Shown: positions 11,701 through 21,500 of the stretch, one piece after another | How the letters are laid out: every line of letters starts with the position of its first letter | Numbering within the stretch: position 1 is the stretch's first letter | Source of the DNA: Amoebophrya sp. A120 | Lineage: Eukaryota; Protista; Dinoflagellata | DNA: 64,000 nucleotides | Direction: 5' to 3' | Assembly (NCBI GenBank): GCA_905178155.1 | Contig: CAJINV010000005.1 | Coordinates: 8,686,449 to 8,750,448 of the forward strand | Notes under the pieces: generated by a model | Database searches by the model: none | What the model was told of the DNA's origin: nothing | Seen by the model: the letters and a program-made list of their open reading frames with translations, nothing else | Position numbers and translations under genes: made by a program

Positions 11701-14700
11701 ATGTCTATACCCTGTCAGCAGCCCCAGCGCTTCTCCGAACGTGCCGCTATTCAGCGCCGAGTAGCAGCCAAAGAGCTTCGCCGCGGCTTTTTCAATTAAC
11801 GGGACCCACAACTGTCTCCTCCGTGACTGCAAGTAGCTCAACTCCCCGCCCTGTGCGAAGTAAATGCTCCCACCGTCAATTTTCCCATCCCACACTTTGC
11901 TGCACGGGAAGAGGTCGTCCAGCAAAATGCCCCGCCACTGCCCGGCGATATCCACAAGAAATTTCCCGTACATGTACAAATGCGGTCCCTGCATGACAAA
12001 ACTTGGCTTCGATCCTAGTTTAGCATGACACGTTTTACGGTCCAAATTGGTGAAATTTGTGATGCATGTTGTACATGTAGGGGAAATTTGTATTGCATAG
12101 GCGAAGCAGAGTTGCACCAAGTAGGCGCCGTGCTTGTTGTGGTCTTTTTTGTTGAAAAAAAGTTTCTCGACCAAATATGGTTTCAGAGCGACGACGGACA
12201 AGGCTCCAGCGAACCAGCAGTTTCCTATCGCACCCTGCACGACGTCCTCCGCTCGGGCTTCTTCGCGTATCACCTTCCACGGCTGCCCTAACGTGTTCCC
12301 GTGCTCGTCGCGGAGGAAGCCGGCGCAAAGTCGGGACTTCAGCGAGTTGTCGGTGATGGTCGGATACAGCATGTCCGTGATTGGGTCGCTGCTGCTCGAG
12401 CATTATCCTGTGCAAAAGTATTGTACTCGGATATTGAATGCTATTCTTGCATGACAGATCTACTTTTTTTACCTTAATTTGCAAGACAAATTCAAGGCTC
12501 TTCTTTTGAAGAAGTTTGTCATGCGCTTTATGCAGCTAGCACGTTACTCTTACTTTTGCAATGCATAAACACGGTCGCAGCCACGCGCTCGGGCGGAAGT
12601 GGAACTTCGTTACGGAAACATTCGTCGGCTTCGCTCGGCAGTGCCCGCTATGCATTGCAAAAGTATCGTATTAGTATAAACTGCATTACAAATGTCCTCA
12701 GCATTAGAAATGAAATTTGTAATGCGGATTTGTCTTCAGAAAAATATTTGTAATGCATGACAGCGATTACTACGAGTTGTACGATACTTTTGCACAGGAT
12801 ACCCGCACAGGATGCTGTCCAGCTTCGCTTGGAGACTTATCGCCTCCTGCTGCGTGGTATGCATTGCAAATATTTCTGGGTCTGGACGCGAACTTCTATC
12901 TAATGCGTATCTTGCATTCCTGGAAAATCTGTGTTGCATGAGCAGCAAATGAGCGGCTTTCCTTGTTATGCAAAAAGGCGATTTGTCATGCGCGTCACGA
13001 CGCAGCAGAAAGCGTTTCGAAAGTTTGTCATGCTTGGCTGCCATTGCAAGCGTTCTTGCAGTCATGCGCAATTCAGCATCACAGGTTTCTAGACCCAGAC
13101 ACATTTGGACTGCATACGTTGCTGGTTTTTTAAACAGCGGCGGCAGCGGGTTTCGTTTGTGGCAGTTGAAGCACTCCCAGGTTTTCCCGTCTTCGGGGTC
13201 TGCGTAGAGAATTTTGTCGGAGGCTACGAATTGGTAGTCGATGTAGGGCATCCTGTGCAAAAGTATCGCACTCGTAGTCGTTGTATTGCAGTCATGCATT
13301 GCAAATTTTTTTCTGAAGCTAAATCCGCACTAGAAATTTTATTTCTCATGCTGAGGAAATTTGTATATGCATTTATACGAGTACCATACTTTTGCAATGC
13401 ATATAGGGCTCCCCGAGCTGGGCCTGGATCGCGTTCACCTCGTCGACTTGCGTTTATGCATCGCAAATATGTCTGGGTCTGGCAACTTGTGTTGCTGTGG
13501 CTGATAGATACCTGCATTACAGACTGGCTGCTTCGATACGGCACAACAGCATGAGAGGTTTACCTCAGCTCTTTGCGGATTCATTCGCATGTAGCATTAC
13601 AAACTGCCATCCAGCACGACAAGAAAACTGACCAATCGCATTCCTGCATTACACATCTTGTCGTCCTTAAAGTCCCGCATCACAAATCCAGACCCATACA
13701 CATTTGGATGTGCAATGCATAGCTTCGGGTCTATCACGATGTTCTCGTCCGTGAACCGCACAAATTCCACGTCCTGCCGGTCTTTCAACCCCATCGGATC
13801 GTCGTCCGCGTCATCTTCGCCGTTTCTTTCCCCAGTAGTTGTTTTCTGCTTTTTATGTACCTGTCCGTCCCCCTCTCCCATCGACATGGCGAGCGCGGCG
13901 ATCAGCTCTTCGTCCTCCTCATTGTGGGACATGGAAACGTCTAAATCGTTGTTCGCTGTTCCTGTTTATGCATTGCAAAAGTATCGTACTCGTATAAATG
14001 CATGACAAATTCCCTCCGCATGAGAAATAAAATCTGTAATGAGAATTCACCTTGAGCAAAGCATTTGTAATGCATGACTGTAATACGAGTACGATACTTT
14101 TGCACAGGATACTGTTCCACCATTGGCGCCACTACTGCTTGCTGATCCTCCTCCTGTTGTGTTTGTATTTGCTATGAGAGTGCAGAACTCCACCCCCTCA
14201 TGGTCCTCATCGGTGCTATGCCTATGGCATGAAGATGAACAGCATCACAACCACCAACACACGTGGAGCCTGTGCATGACAAGTTCACACGCCGAGAGTA
14301 CTGAGTGTTAGTACTGTTGCGGCTTCCGGATTTTGTATATGCAAATAATGCCACAAGGCACCAACTGGATTTTTTTGAGTTTTGCATTACAAATGGGCGG
14401 CAATTGTGCACTTTCATATTTGCGTTGTCCCCTCTCGCGGATTTCATCGGTTCATCCTCCGCATCATCGTCCATGGAGAGCAGAATACACTCGATGAGCT
14501 CATTCGCCTCTTGCAAAGCCGCCGTGTCATTCTCCGAATAGATCCAAATCCCCTCATCCTTCCGGAATTTCAGAGACAGCAGCAAAGCGTGGCCCGGGAC
14601 TGGGATCTCGTTGAGCCAGGTTTTGTTTTTGATGATACTATCGTTGTTCACGGTGCCGGCAAGGAGTTTGGTGAGGGCTTGGAACGTTTTTTTCGGCCTC

Positions 14701-14735
14701 GGGGTTTCCTGGATCGATTCGATAAGGTCCTCCAT
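5797..14735 (-). CDS. CAPN15: SOL/calpain-15-like cysteine protease (PUB-like N-terminus, UIM, CxxC/CxxC Zn finger, CysPc, SOL-type C-terminal domain, second UIM); ~21 introns
   Basis: Spliced exons give VVQGAIGNCWFAGALS (catalytic C), WVPLIEKAAAKLFGCYSAL, GLQSPHAYGVLEVR (H), LIKIRNPWGE (N), DEELIAALAMSM and DEEALLEEAMKMS (UIM-like), WECFNC...CGHC. Symbol reflects family resemblance, not proven orthology; the 3' end is approximate. Confidence 0.88.
5958..6248. mobile_element. TIR introner (singleton type)
   Basis: tatcccgagtaaaaac...tttctacataggata, perfect DR tggaa; splicing gives LFNEFS|TGENALPPNQAAAKA. Confidence 0.8.
6336..6450. mobile_element. Short TIR introner
   Basis: tatcctgagacaaa...tttcttgtggata, DR (t/c)aaca; interrupts the UIM-like DEEALL|EEAMKMS. 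Confidence 0.8.
6510..6655. mobile_element. TIR introner family A
   Basis: tatcctgtgcaaaagtatcg...cgatacttttgcaattcata, DR ggcg(a/g). Confidence 0.9.
7038..7288. mobile_element. Degenerate TIR introner (family F-like)
   Basis: catcgtgagaaaaaa...ttttttctatcaata, DR tgta(c/g); splicing gives DVIDY|SLGMQYVD. Confidence 0.7.
7348..7499. mobile_element. TIR introner family A
   Basis: tatcctttgcagaagtatcg...cacttttgcccaggata, DR t(c/t)tgc. Confidence 0.88.
7559..8742. mobile_element. TIR introner family B carrying a nested element
   Basis: Left arm tatgcattgcgcatatgtcctctgagtctggaag; right arm cttccagaggacccagaggacatatttgcagttgata; host is ~274 bp without the insert. Confidence 0.85.
7614..8523 (+). 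mobile_element. Non-autonomous Helitron-like element nested in an introner
   Basis: a|ttactatcta start; end hairpin gccccggcgtcagccggggc + atgg + ctgg|t; no TSD; internal agaggt/cctctcg minisatellites. Confidence 0.7.
9026..9285. mobile_element. TIR introner family B
   Basis: tatcaaatgcaaatatgtctgagtctgg...ccagacccagacatatttgcatttgata, DR t(a/t)gca. Confidence 0.9.
9632..9933. mobile_element. TIR introner (singleton type)
   Basis: cattctgagcaaaaacgttcc...ggacgcttttgctcagaata; splicing gives SSAGG|DPGEVIEFDL. Confidence 0.75.
10020..10170. mobile_element. TIR introner family A
   Basis: tatgaactgcaaaagtatcg...gcacaggata, perfect DR tccga. Confidence 0.92.
10280..10609. mobile_element. TIR introner family C
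   Basis: tattgtgaggaaaaatctccccgcccc...ggggttatttcactttgata, DR g(g/a)aac. Confidence 0.8.
10658..10988. mobile_element. TIR introner family C
   Basis: tatcaaaaggaaaaatccccc...gggggatttttccgtacgata, perfect DR ccagg; splicing gives RNPWGERAPQTW|KGDFGSEW. Confidence 0.92.
11203..11382. mobile_element. Degenerate TIR introner family A
   Basis: tatgggccgcaaaagtatcg...ttttgcgatgcata, DR a(c/t)cgg; splicing gives VMWTR|LLSYYEAGY. Confidence 0.8.
11571..11710 (-). other. Canonical GT-AG intron retaining introner hallmarks
   Basis: Minus strand gtatag...ttacag; splicing gives LLTG|YPVETMRL; contains gcatcacaaa. Confidence 0.7.
11949..12099. mobile_element. TIR introner family G
   Basis: tatccacaagaaatttcccgtacatgtac...gtacatgtaggggaaatttgtattgcata, perfect DR ggcga; splicing gives VQLCFA|GQWRGILLDDLFP. 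Confidence 0.92.
12404..12567. mobile_element. Degenerate TIR introner family A
   Basis: tatcctgtgcaaaagta...tacttttgcaatgcata; DR degenerate. Confidence 0.8.
12649..12801. mobile_element. TIR introner family A
   Basis: Perfect DR cccgc; splicing gives SILCG|HCRAK, completing a CxxC. Confidence 0.92.
12858..13116. mobile_element. TIR introner family B
   Basis: tatgcattgcaaatatttctgggtctgg...ctagacccagacacatttggactgcata, DR cgt(g/t)g. Confidence 0.85.
13249..13403. mobile_element. TIR introner family A
   Basis: catcctgtgcaaaagtatcg...tacttttgcaatgcata, perfect DR taggg. Confidence 0.9.
13455..13721. mobile_element. Degenerate TIR introner family B
   Basis: tatgcatcgcaaatatgtctgggtctgg...ccagacccatacacatttggatgtgcaatgcata. 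Confidence 0.8.
13967..14111. mobile_element. TIR introner family A
   Basis: tatgcattgcaaaagtatcgtactcgta...tacgagtacgatacttttgcacaggata, perfect DR ctgtt. Confidence 0.93.
14173..14418. mobile_element. TIR introner family H
   Basis: tatgagagtgca...tgcactttcata, perfect DR tttgc. Confidence 0.85.
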
Positions 14736-15547
14736 TTTCTTGATAATATTCTGGGAAATGACTTTGGTTTTGGAGCAGTTCGTGTTTTAAAAAGAATACC
14801 GGTTCAATTTAGAAGCAACTCCTCGTCGTGAAACCACGGGGACTACAATCAACGGCTCTACAACTATATGCTACGATTCTACAGCGCTATCTTCGCACAA
14901 TGTTAATGTTGCCTGAAGACGCCTTGGATGAGAAGAAGGTGAATGAGAAAGCAGAAAGCCACCCCCTTAACAGCCTTTATGTGTGGTATCACGAAGTCAG
15001 ATAATTTTGAAGCAAAAAACAGTGCATATTTATCTTCTGTGTCTTGAAGTCATAAACTACGACCCCCCAGAAAGATACACCCTGATGATTTTGAACACCG
15101 GGCTCCTGTAGGTCCCAGAAAACGACGTATCAGTTTTCGCTGTGTAAAACTTACAAGTAGTTCCCCATGCTTTTTTACTCATCCAGGTGGTATATTAATC
15201 TTCACGTAGAAGAAGATGCGTGATTAAAACATTAGTGCGAATAATTCATGCTTCTGTATTCTCATGAGCAGCTGTCGAAGAAGGTGATCCAAAAATGTGC
15301 CGTGTCCGTATCAGACACGAACAGAAGATGCGCATTGCAAATAGTAAAGACTAAGAATGAGTAGTTACTTACCTTCGACGTAGTTGTGGAAGGAACAAAT
15401 GCAAAAGTGAGACCCTAAAGGTTTTCTTCAAAATCAAAATCTATCGAGCATGAACAACATGATGAACAAGGTCTGATCTATCACGACGTCGTGCAAAAGT
15501 GAAGAAACGCCGTCCCAAATCTATTGCAAGACACCTTTTCACAGCCT

Positions 15548-18500
15548 CTAAGGCACATACGATTGGATCCCATCGCCGCGACCATAATTCATTCCCAGTT
15601 CTGCAGGAGCTCCAGGTCGTCCTGCCGCGGCACTACTAGAGGACGCCGATGCAACTACTACTCCATCGCCGCCACGGCCGCCACCAAGCTGCGATGCTTG
15701 TTCGGGAAGAAAATGGTGCGGGACGTTGGATGCCAGCGGCAGATGCGAGACTACACGGCGATCGACAGATTGAGCTTGTAGCGGTGGAAGGTCAACATGT
15801 CCTTGCGGTTGCTGCTGTAGTCCGGACGACCACGCTGATCCGCCGGGTCTCTGCTCAGAATTGATCGACAACGGTGAGAACGAGTTCTGCTGCACGAGAA
15901 CTTGTTGCGGGCCCGGTAGTGGTGATGGTAGACTTCTACTTGTGCCACCCATTTGATCTGCCATTTGCAAAGAGGAGATCAGCTGCCTCGTCGAGGTTCC
16001 CTGCGGCTGCCGGTAGGTTTGTTGGAGGGTTTGTAACCCTGGAGCTGCTGCTGCGGCCGTAGTTGTTGTACTGGAAAAGGCTGTTGCCGCCGCTGCTGCT
16101 GCTGCTACGCCAGACGTCGCTCCAGTTGCACCAGTCGCAGCTGCTGTTGATGTTCCCACGGGATACAGTGCAAACGCCGGCGAAGCCGTTGAGTTCTCGT
16201 GCTCCAGCATCGCGAGACTGTGTGCAGAAAGCACTTGTTCGGGAAAATGCGGGGTGCCGCTGCCACGTTGATCTGGTACTACTAGCACACCCCCTCCTGC
16301 ACCTCCTGCTACATTCATATAGAAGCGTCAGGATTGAAATCGTCAAAGTTGAAATAGTTTGTGATGCATAAAATGCAAGGTATGATGTGCGTGTCTTGCC
16401 GGGATGACGAGTGAGGCCGACTGTCAGCCTGTTTAGGGTTTGAAATAGAGCTGCTAAAGTAGCATGACAAAAGCATTCGTCTGTGCCCACACAGCATGAC
16501 AAATTGGATTCCGGTGCGCGGAAAATTTGTCATGCGCCACTTGAAAACTGGGTTCCAACTGGCATCCATTTTATGCATAACAAATCATTTCAACTTTGTC
16601 GATTTCAAACCTGACGCTTCCATAATTCACCCCGCTGTCGTACCGCTGGACGGGAACTTGCAATTGCATGTGGTACGAGGAACTGGCCTTCACCGTGGTG
16701 GTTCTCTTGCAGCTCCGTAGCGCGGCCATGGATGCGGCTGTCCGTTCCGCATTACAAAGATCATACTCTGCTGCGTCCTCCACCCGCAACACAGATTCGA
16801 TCACCTCTTCAAATTCCTGCGCTAAATGCTGGAAATTATTGCACGACTCTGCTAACCGTCGATGCGCCAAAAATATCAACTGCGAAAGTATCGTAGTCGT
16901 AGTGATTGCACTACTGCATGACAAATCTTTTGTTTTACCTGAATCACCATGACAAATTCCATTTTTCCTTCTGGGCAAATTTGTAATGCAAGCTATACTA
17001 GTACGATACCTTTGCAATGCATAAAAACGGAAAGTGGGGAGTCGCTCGAGGCCCAGAGGCAGACATCGTCTAGTTCGCTGTCGTCGTAGAGGTAGGCGTT
17101 GAGCTGTTTCGCGGTCGTCGGTCGGTCGGGCTTTTCTTGTTGATTCGTGGTATCATTATTGTTCTCGTGATTGTCACCAGCTTTATTCTTATTGTTGTTT
17201 CTACGGCAACAGCCGAAAAATGATTTTCTCGAACAAACACTATCGCCTCGTCTTCGTCCGCAGCAACACCCCTTCTTCCCCCGTTTTCGCCAATTCCGCC
17301 TTCTACTTTGGCAGCACATCGGGCAGCAACCCGGAAATTGTAGGCAGAGCAGGAGGTTCAACGTTCCAAACACCGCTCTTTTCAACATTTTGCACGAACC
17401 TCGCACACACCGGCCGAAGCACTTCTTGAAAGTCGTTGTGCATTTGGCGCAAGTTGAAGAGCCGGCTTTTTCAAGCTTTTCCTCGTCCTTGAAATCCTGC
17501 AATCGGTCGAACAGAGTTTCGATATTCCTCTCGCACACCAAGCTGCTTCCTAAGATGTCTTGGAGAATGTGCGCAAGGTTGTCCTTATGGTTTTTATTTC
17601 CATTTGTTCTTGGATTATCGTCGTCGTCGGAAGAAGCGTCTGTTTCACCGCCGTCCGAACTGCTCTCCGCTCCGGGTCCGACCCCCGCGCCAGCACTCCC
17701 CCCGCCCGGGGAGCTGTAGTGCTGTGAGAGAGGGGAAGTTGGGTTGCCCAGTATGTTGGCCTGTTCTTCGTCTTGGAACAGGCTGATGCTGTTTGCAGCT
17801 CTTGCAGATCGCCGCTGTGGTGCAGAAGAAGAAGCAGAACCCGCGTTACTATTCCTGGATGCAGCATTTGCATTTGAATTTATGTCTCCGCCAGCGACCT
17901 CCACACCAGTTCCTGAATGAAACGCTAAAGGTAATGCGCTAGTACATTCTCCCATGACAATTTGAAATTCCTGCAGCAACGCGAGCTTGTCCCGTCCAAA
18001 CAAATCTCCAACCAGCGATAAATAGAAGTTGAACTCCCGCTCGACCTCGTCCGCCAAACTGTCATGCGCTTTCCCCAACGCGGTCAGCTGCGTGCAGTAG
18101 TTTTGCAGCTCTCTTTTCTGGAATTCCGCGATTCTCACCTTCGCGTCCTCGTCGCAAAGAATATTAGGTCGTTGCACCTGTCCAGTAGCTGGTGCTGGTG
18201 TCGGGGCCTTCAAAAGTTGCATCAGGGCCGGGGAGGAAGTGACCACTGGCGGTGTCCCCGCCGGAGCTGCGAGGCCTGCTTGTGTTCCTTCTTGTCCCAC
18301 CCCGCGGCCACGGCCTCGGGTGACGTGGATTTGTCTGGCACTCTCTGCATTCCCCTTCTCCACGTCCGCGAGCCTTCTTGCGAAGCTGTAGTTATCAGGT
18401 GTGTCAGGATATCCAAGAAAAAAACATTGTAGGTGTAACTTTTTTGGAGGAACAGCATTACAAATCTGTCTGGCATGACAGCAAAAACCTGTCATGCGCA

Positions 18501-21500
18501 GATACTAAGTGAAAACGCCCGCTAGTGGACCCTACAATGCAGGCCAAGCATGACAGACGCAATCATCTTGCATGTTCCGCATCACAAATTTACACTAACA
18601 ACGTTTTTTTCTTGGATACAGGACGCTCAGGATCTAGTACCTCATCGTGGTCAACTACATGCTGTTGTGAAAATCCACCTCTTATCAAATGCAAATATGT
18701 CCGGGCTTGGAGGACCGCAGAAGCTTGTCATGCTGTTTTTCCGTGACCCGAAAGGTCTGGCATGCAGACCCTAGCATTACAGGTTTTGAGAAGGTATCGC
18801 AATGCCTAATCCGCATGAAAAATCCCATCTTTCGGCGACACACGGTGGGCCACTTTTGCTGTCCACACATGACAGATTTTTGTGTGATTTGGAATGTGCA
18901 TGACAAGTTCGCATCCTTCCAGACCCAGGAGGGATATTTGCAATGCATACCTCCGCCGCTAGACCCGCGGCCACTTGTAGTTCCATTGGAGCTTCTCCTA
19001 GTCCGTGCCGTCGACCCACTCGTCTGCTGTGCTACAACGGCCTGCTCGTCAGCACCGGCGGTGTCGCGGTCACCATTTCCGGTGCCATGCTGTTGCCCGT
19101 GGTTGTTCCCCGCTGCTGGTGTTGGTAACAGTGACGAAGTGCTGGTTCTAACTGCGTTCGATCCTGTGCCAGCACGATTTTCAAAGCCACCTCCCATCCC
19201 CGAACCGCCACTGTCTCTGCTTCTGCCGGAATTCGCAAGCAATCCCCGGCGACTCTGACGGGTCGACATAGCATTGAGATCCGCACCGCCTGCAATGCTC
19301 CTTCCACCTACCGACCCACTCGCCCCCCCGCCTCCACCACCGCTCGTTCTTTGCGAGTTTGTCGCGGTAAACATCTGTCTCCTGACCTTCAACAGGTCGG
19401 ATCTGTGACAATCCTTGATCGCTTCCACCTCATCCGTGTGTGAACTGGGTCCGCCAAACAACCCGGCCTTGTTGTTGAACGCACCTGCGCCACTTGTCCC
19501 GGACCGTTTGAAGAAGTGAAAGGAGGACTTTCGTTCCAATCTCACCGTTTTCAGACTCGTCGCGGATTTTGCACGCACGAGTTGGTCGAAGCGCGACAGG
19601 TTCGTGTTTTCCCGTTGGAGGGTCATTTGCTGGGATTGGGATTGGGAATGTGAGTGGTGGTGGTCATCTTCAGCAGCTTCCTCCTGGCTTGTTCCGGTAT
19701 TCATTGCGTAGTTCATCTCACCGTCAAGACCGGTACTGCAGCCGATACGACCGTCACCACCATCGGTGCAGCCGGTGCAAGAACTACTCAGCAACACCAG
19801 TGACAACTCCCGACTGTAATCTCGCCACTGTTTGATACTGTAACGGAGGATCTTCAACTTTTCTACCTTCTTTTCTAAGCTCGTCAGCTGCTCTTCCAAC
19901 AATAAATGCCTCGGCTCCTGTATCCTGTGCAAAAGTGTCGCACTCGTAATCGTATTGCAGTCATGCATTACAAATCTTTTTCTTGAGGCAGATCAGCATT
20001 ACAAATTTTATTTCTCATGCTGACGAAATTTGTAATGCATTTATACGAGTAAGATGCTTTTGCAGTTCATATCCTGCCACCGCAAGCTCGCCCTGGCCAC
20101 CCAGATGGCGAAAATCACGGGTAAGTAGACTGTCAGTTTCAGCATGCCATGCGCGATATGCATTGCAAAAGTATCGCACTAGTATAAACTGCATGACAAA
20201 TTTGCTCAAGATTAAAAATGCAATTTGTAATGCTGTTTTCGCTTAGAAAGTCGATCTGTCATGCATGGCTGCAACTAGTACGAGTGCGATACTTTTGCAC
20301 TGGATATGCGAAGGCGCCGGTGGTGATGCAGCCCGCTTGGCCCAGCCAGTAGGTGACCACCATACCAGAAAATAACGGGAACATCTGCCCACGTAAAACG
20401 TCGTTTTTCAAAATCGACATGATCTGCCGGGTTCTGGTTCTTAATTGCAAACTGGTGTACGCGCGTTTCGTCCGTTCATTCGGATCCGCGTTGGTGGTGG
20501 TAGTAGAGTATGCTGTGCAAAAGTATCGCACTCGTATAAATGCATTACAAATCTCCTCAGCATGAGAAATAAAATTTGTAGTGCTGATTTGCCTTCGGAA
20601 CAAGATTACTATCTAAACTGCAGCAGCTGGTCAAAAATGCAGGCGAGGGGTATGTTCTGGGGTATGTTCGGGGGTGTGTCAGGGGTATGCAAATGGCCGT
20701 CAATCACGGGCGGAATGCAATTTTTTGGCGAAAAAGCAACAGGCGGGGTATAAACATACCCCAGACACACCCCAGACACACCCCAGACACACCCCAGACA
20801 TACCCCAGACAGACCCCCGAACACACCCCAGGCAAAAAGTCCGAACATACCCCAGACACACCCCGGACACACCCCGGGCCGACTTTCCGACACACCCCGG
20901 GCAGACTTTTGGACACACCCCGGACACACTTTGGGACCTCGCCACGCGAGATGTGCAATGGCGGACTCCAGTTTGTCACGCAGGCCGCCAGCCTGTCGAG
21001 CTTCCCGGGCCCCGTTGGCAAGGCCCAGGGACGAAAGGCGCCCTCGGTCAGCGCGGGGGCCCTGTCCCCGCGTCATGACCTGGGGGCCAGCTTTGGGCGC
21101 TTCCCGGACACCGTACGGCCCAGGGGCAAAAGCCCTAGGTCAGCGCGGGGACTCGGTCCTCGCGTCATGACCTAGGGGCCAGCTATGGGCGCTTACATCC
21201 CGGAAACCACCCGCACGGCCCAGGAGGAACAAAAGCCCTAGGTCAGCTCGGGGACTCGGTCCCCGCGTCATGACCTAGGGGCCAGCTTTGGGCGCTTCCC
21301 GGAAACTAACCGGCCGCACGGCCGAGGAGCAAAGGCCCTAGGTCAGCGCGGGGACTCGGTCCCCGCGTCATGACCTGGGGGCCAGCTTTGGGCGCTTCCC
21401 GGAAACTAACCGCACGGCCCAGGGGCAAAAGCCCTAGGTCAGCGCGGGGACTCGGTCCCCGCGTCATGACCTAGGGGCCAGCTTTGGGCGCTTCCCGGAA

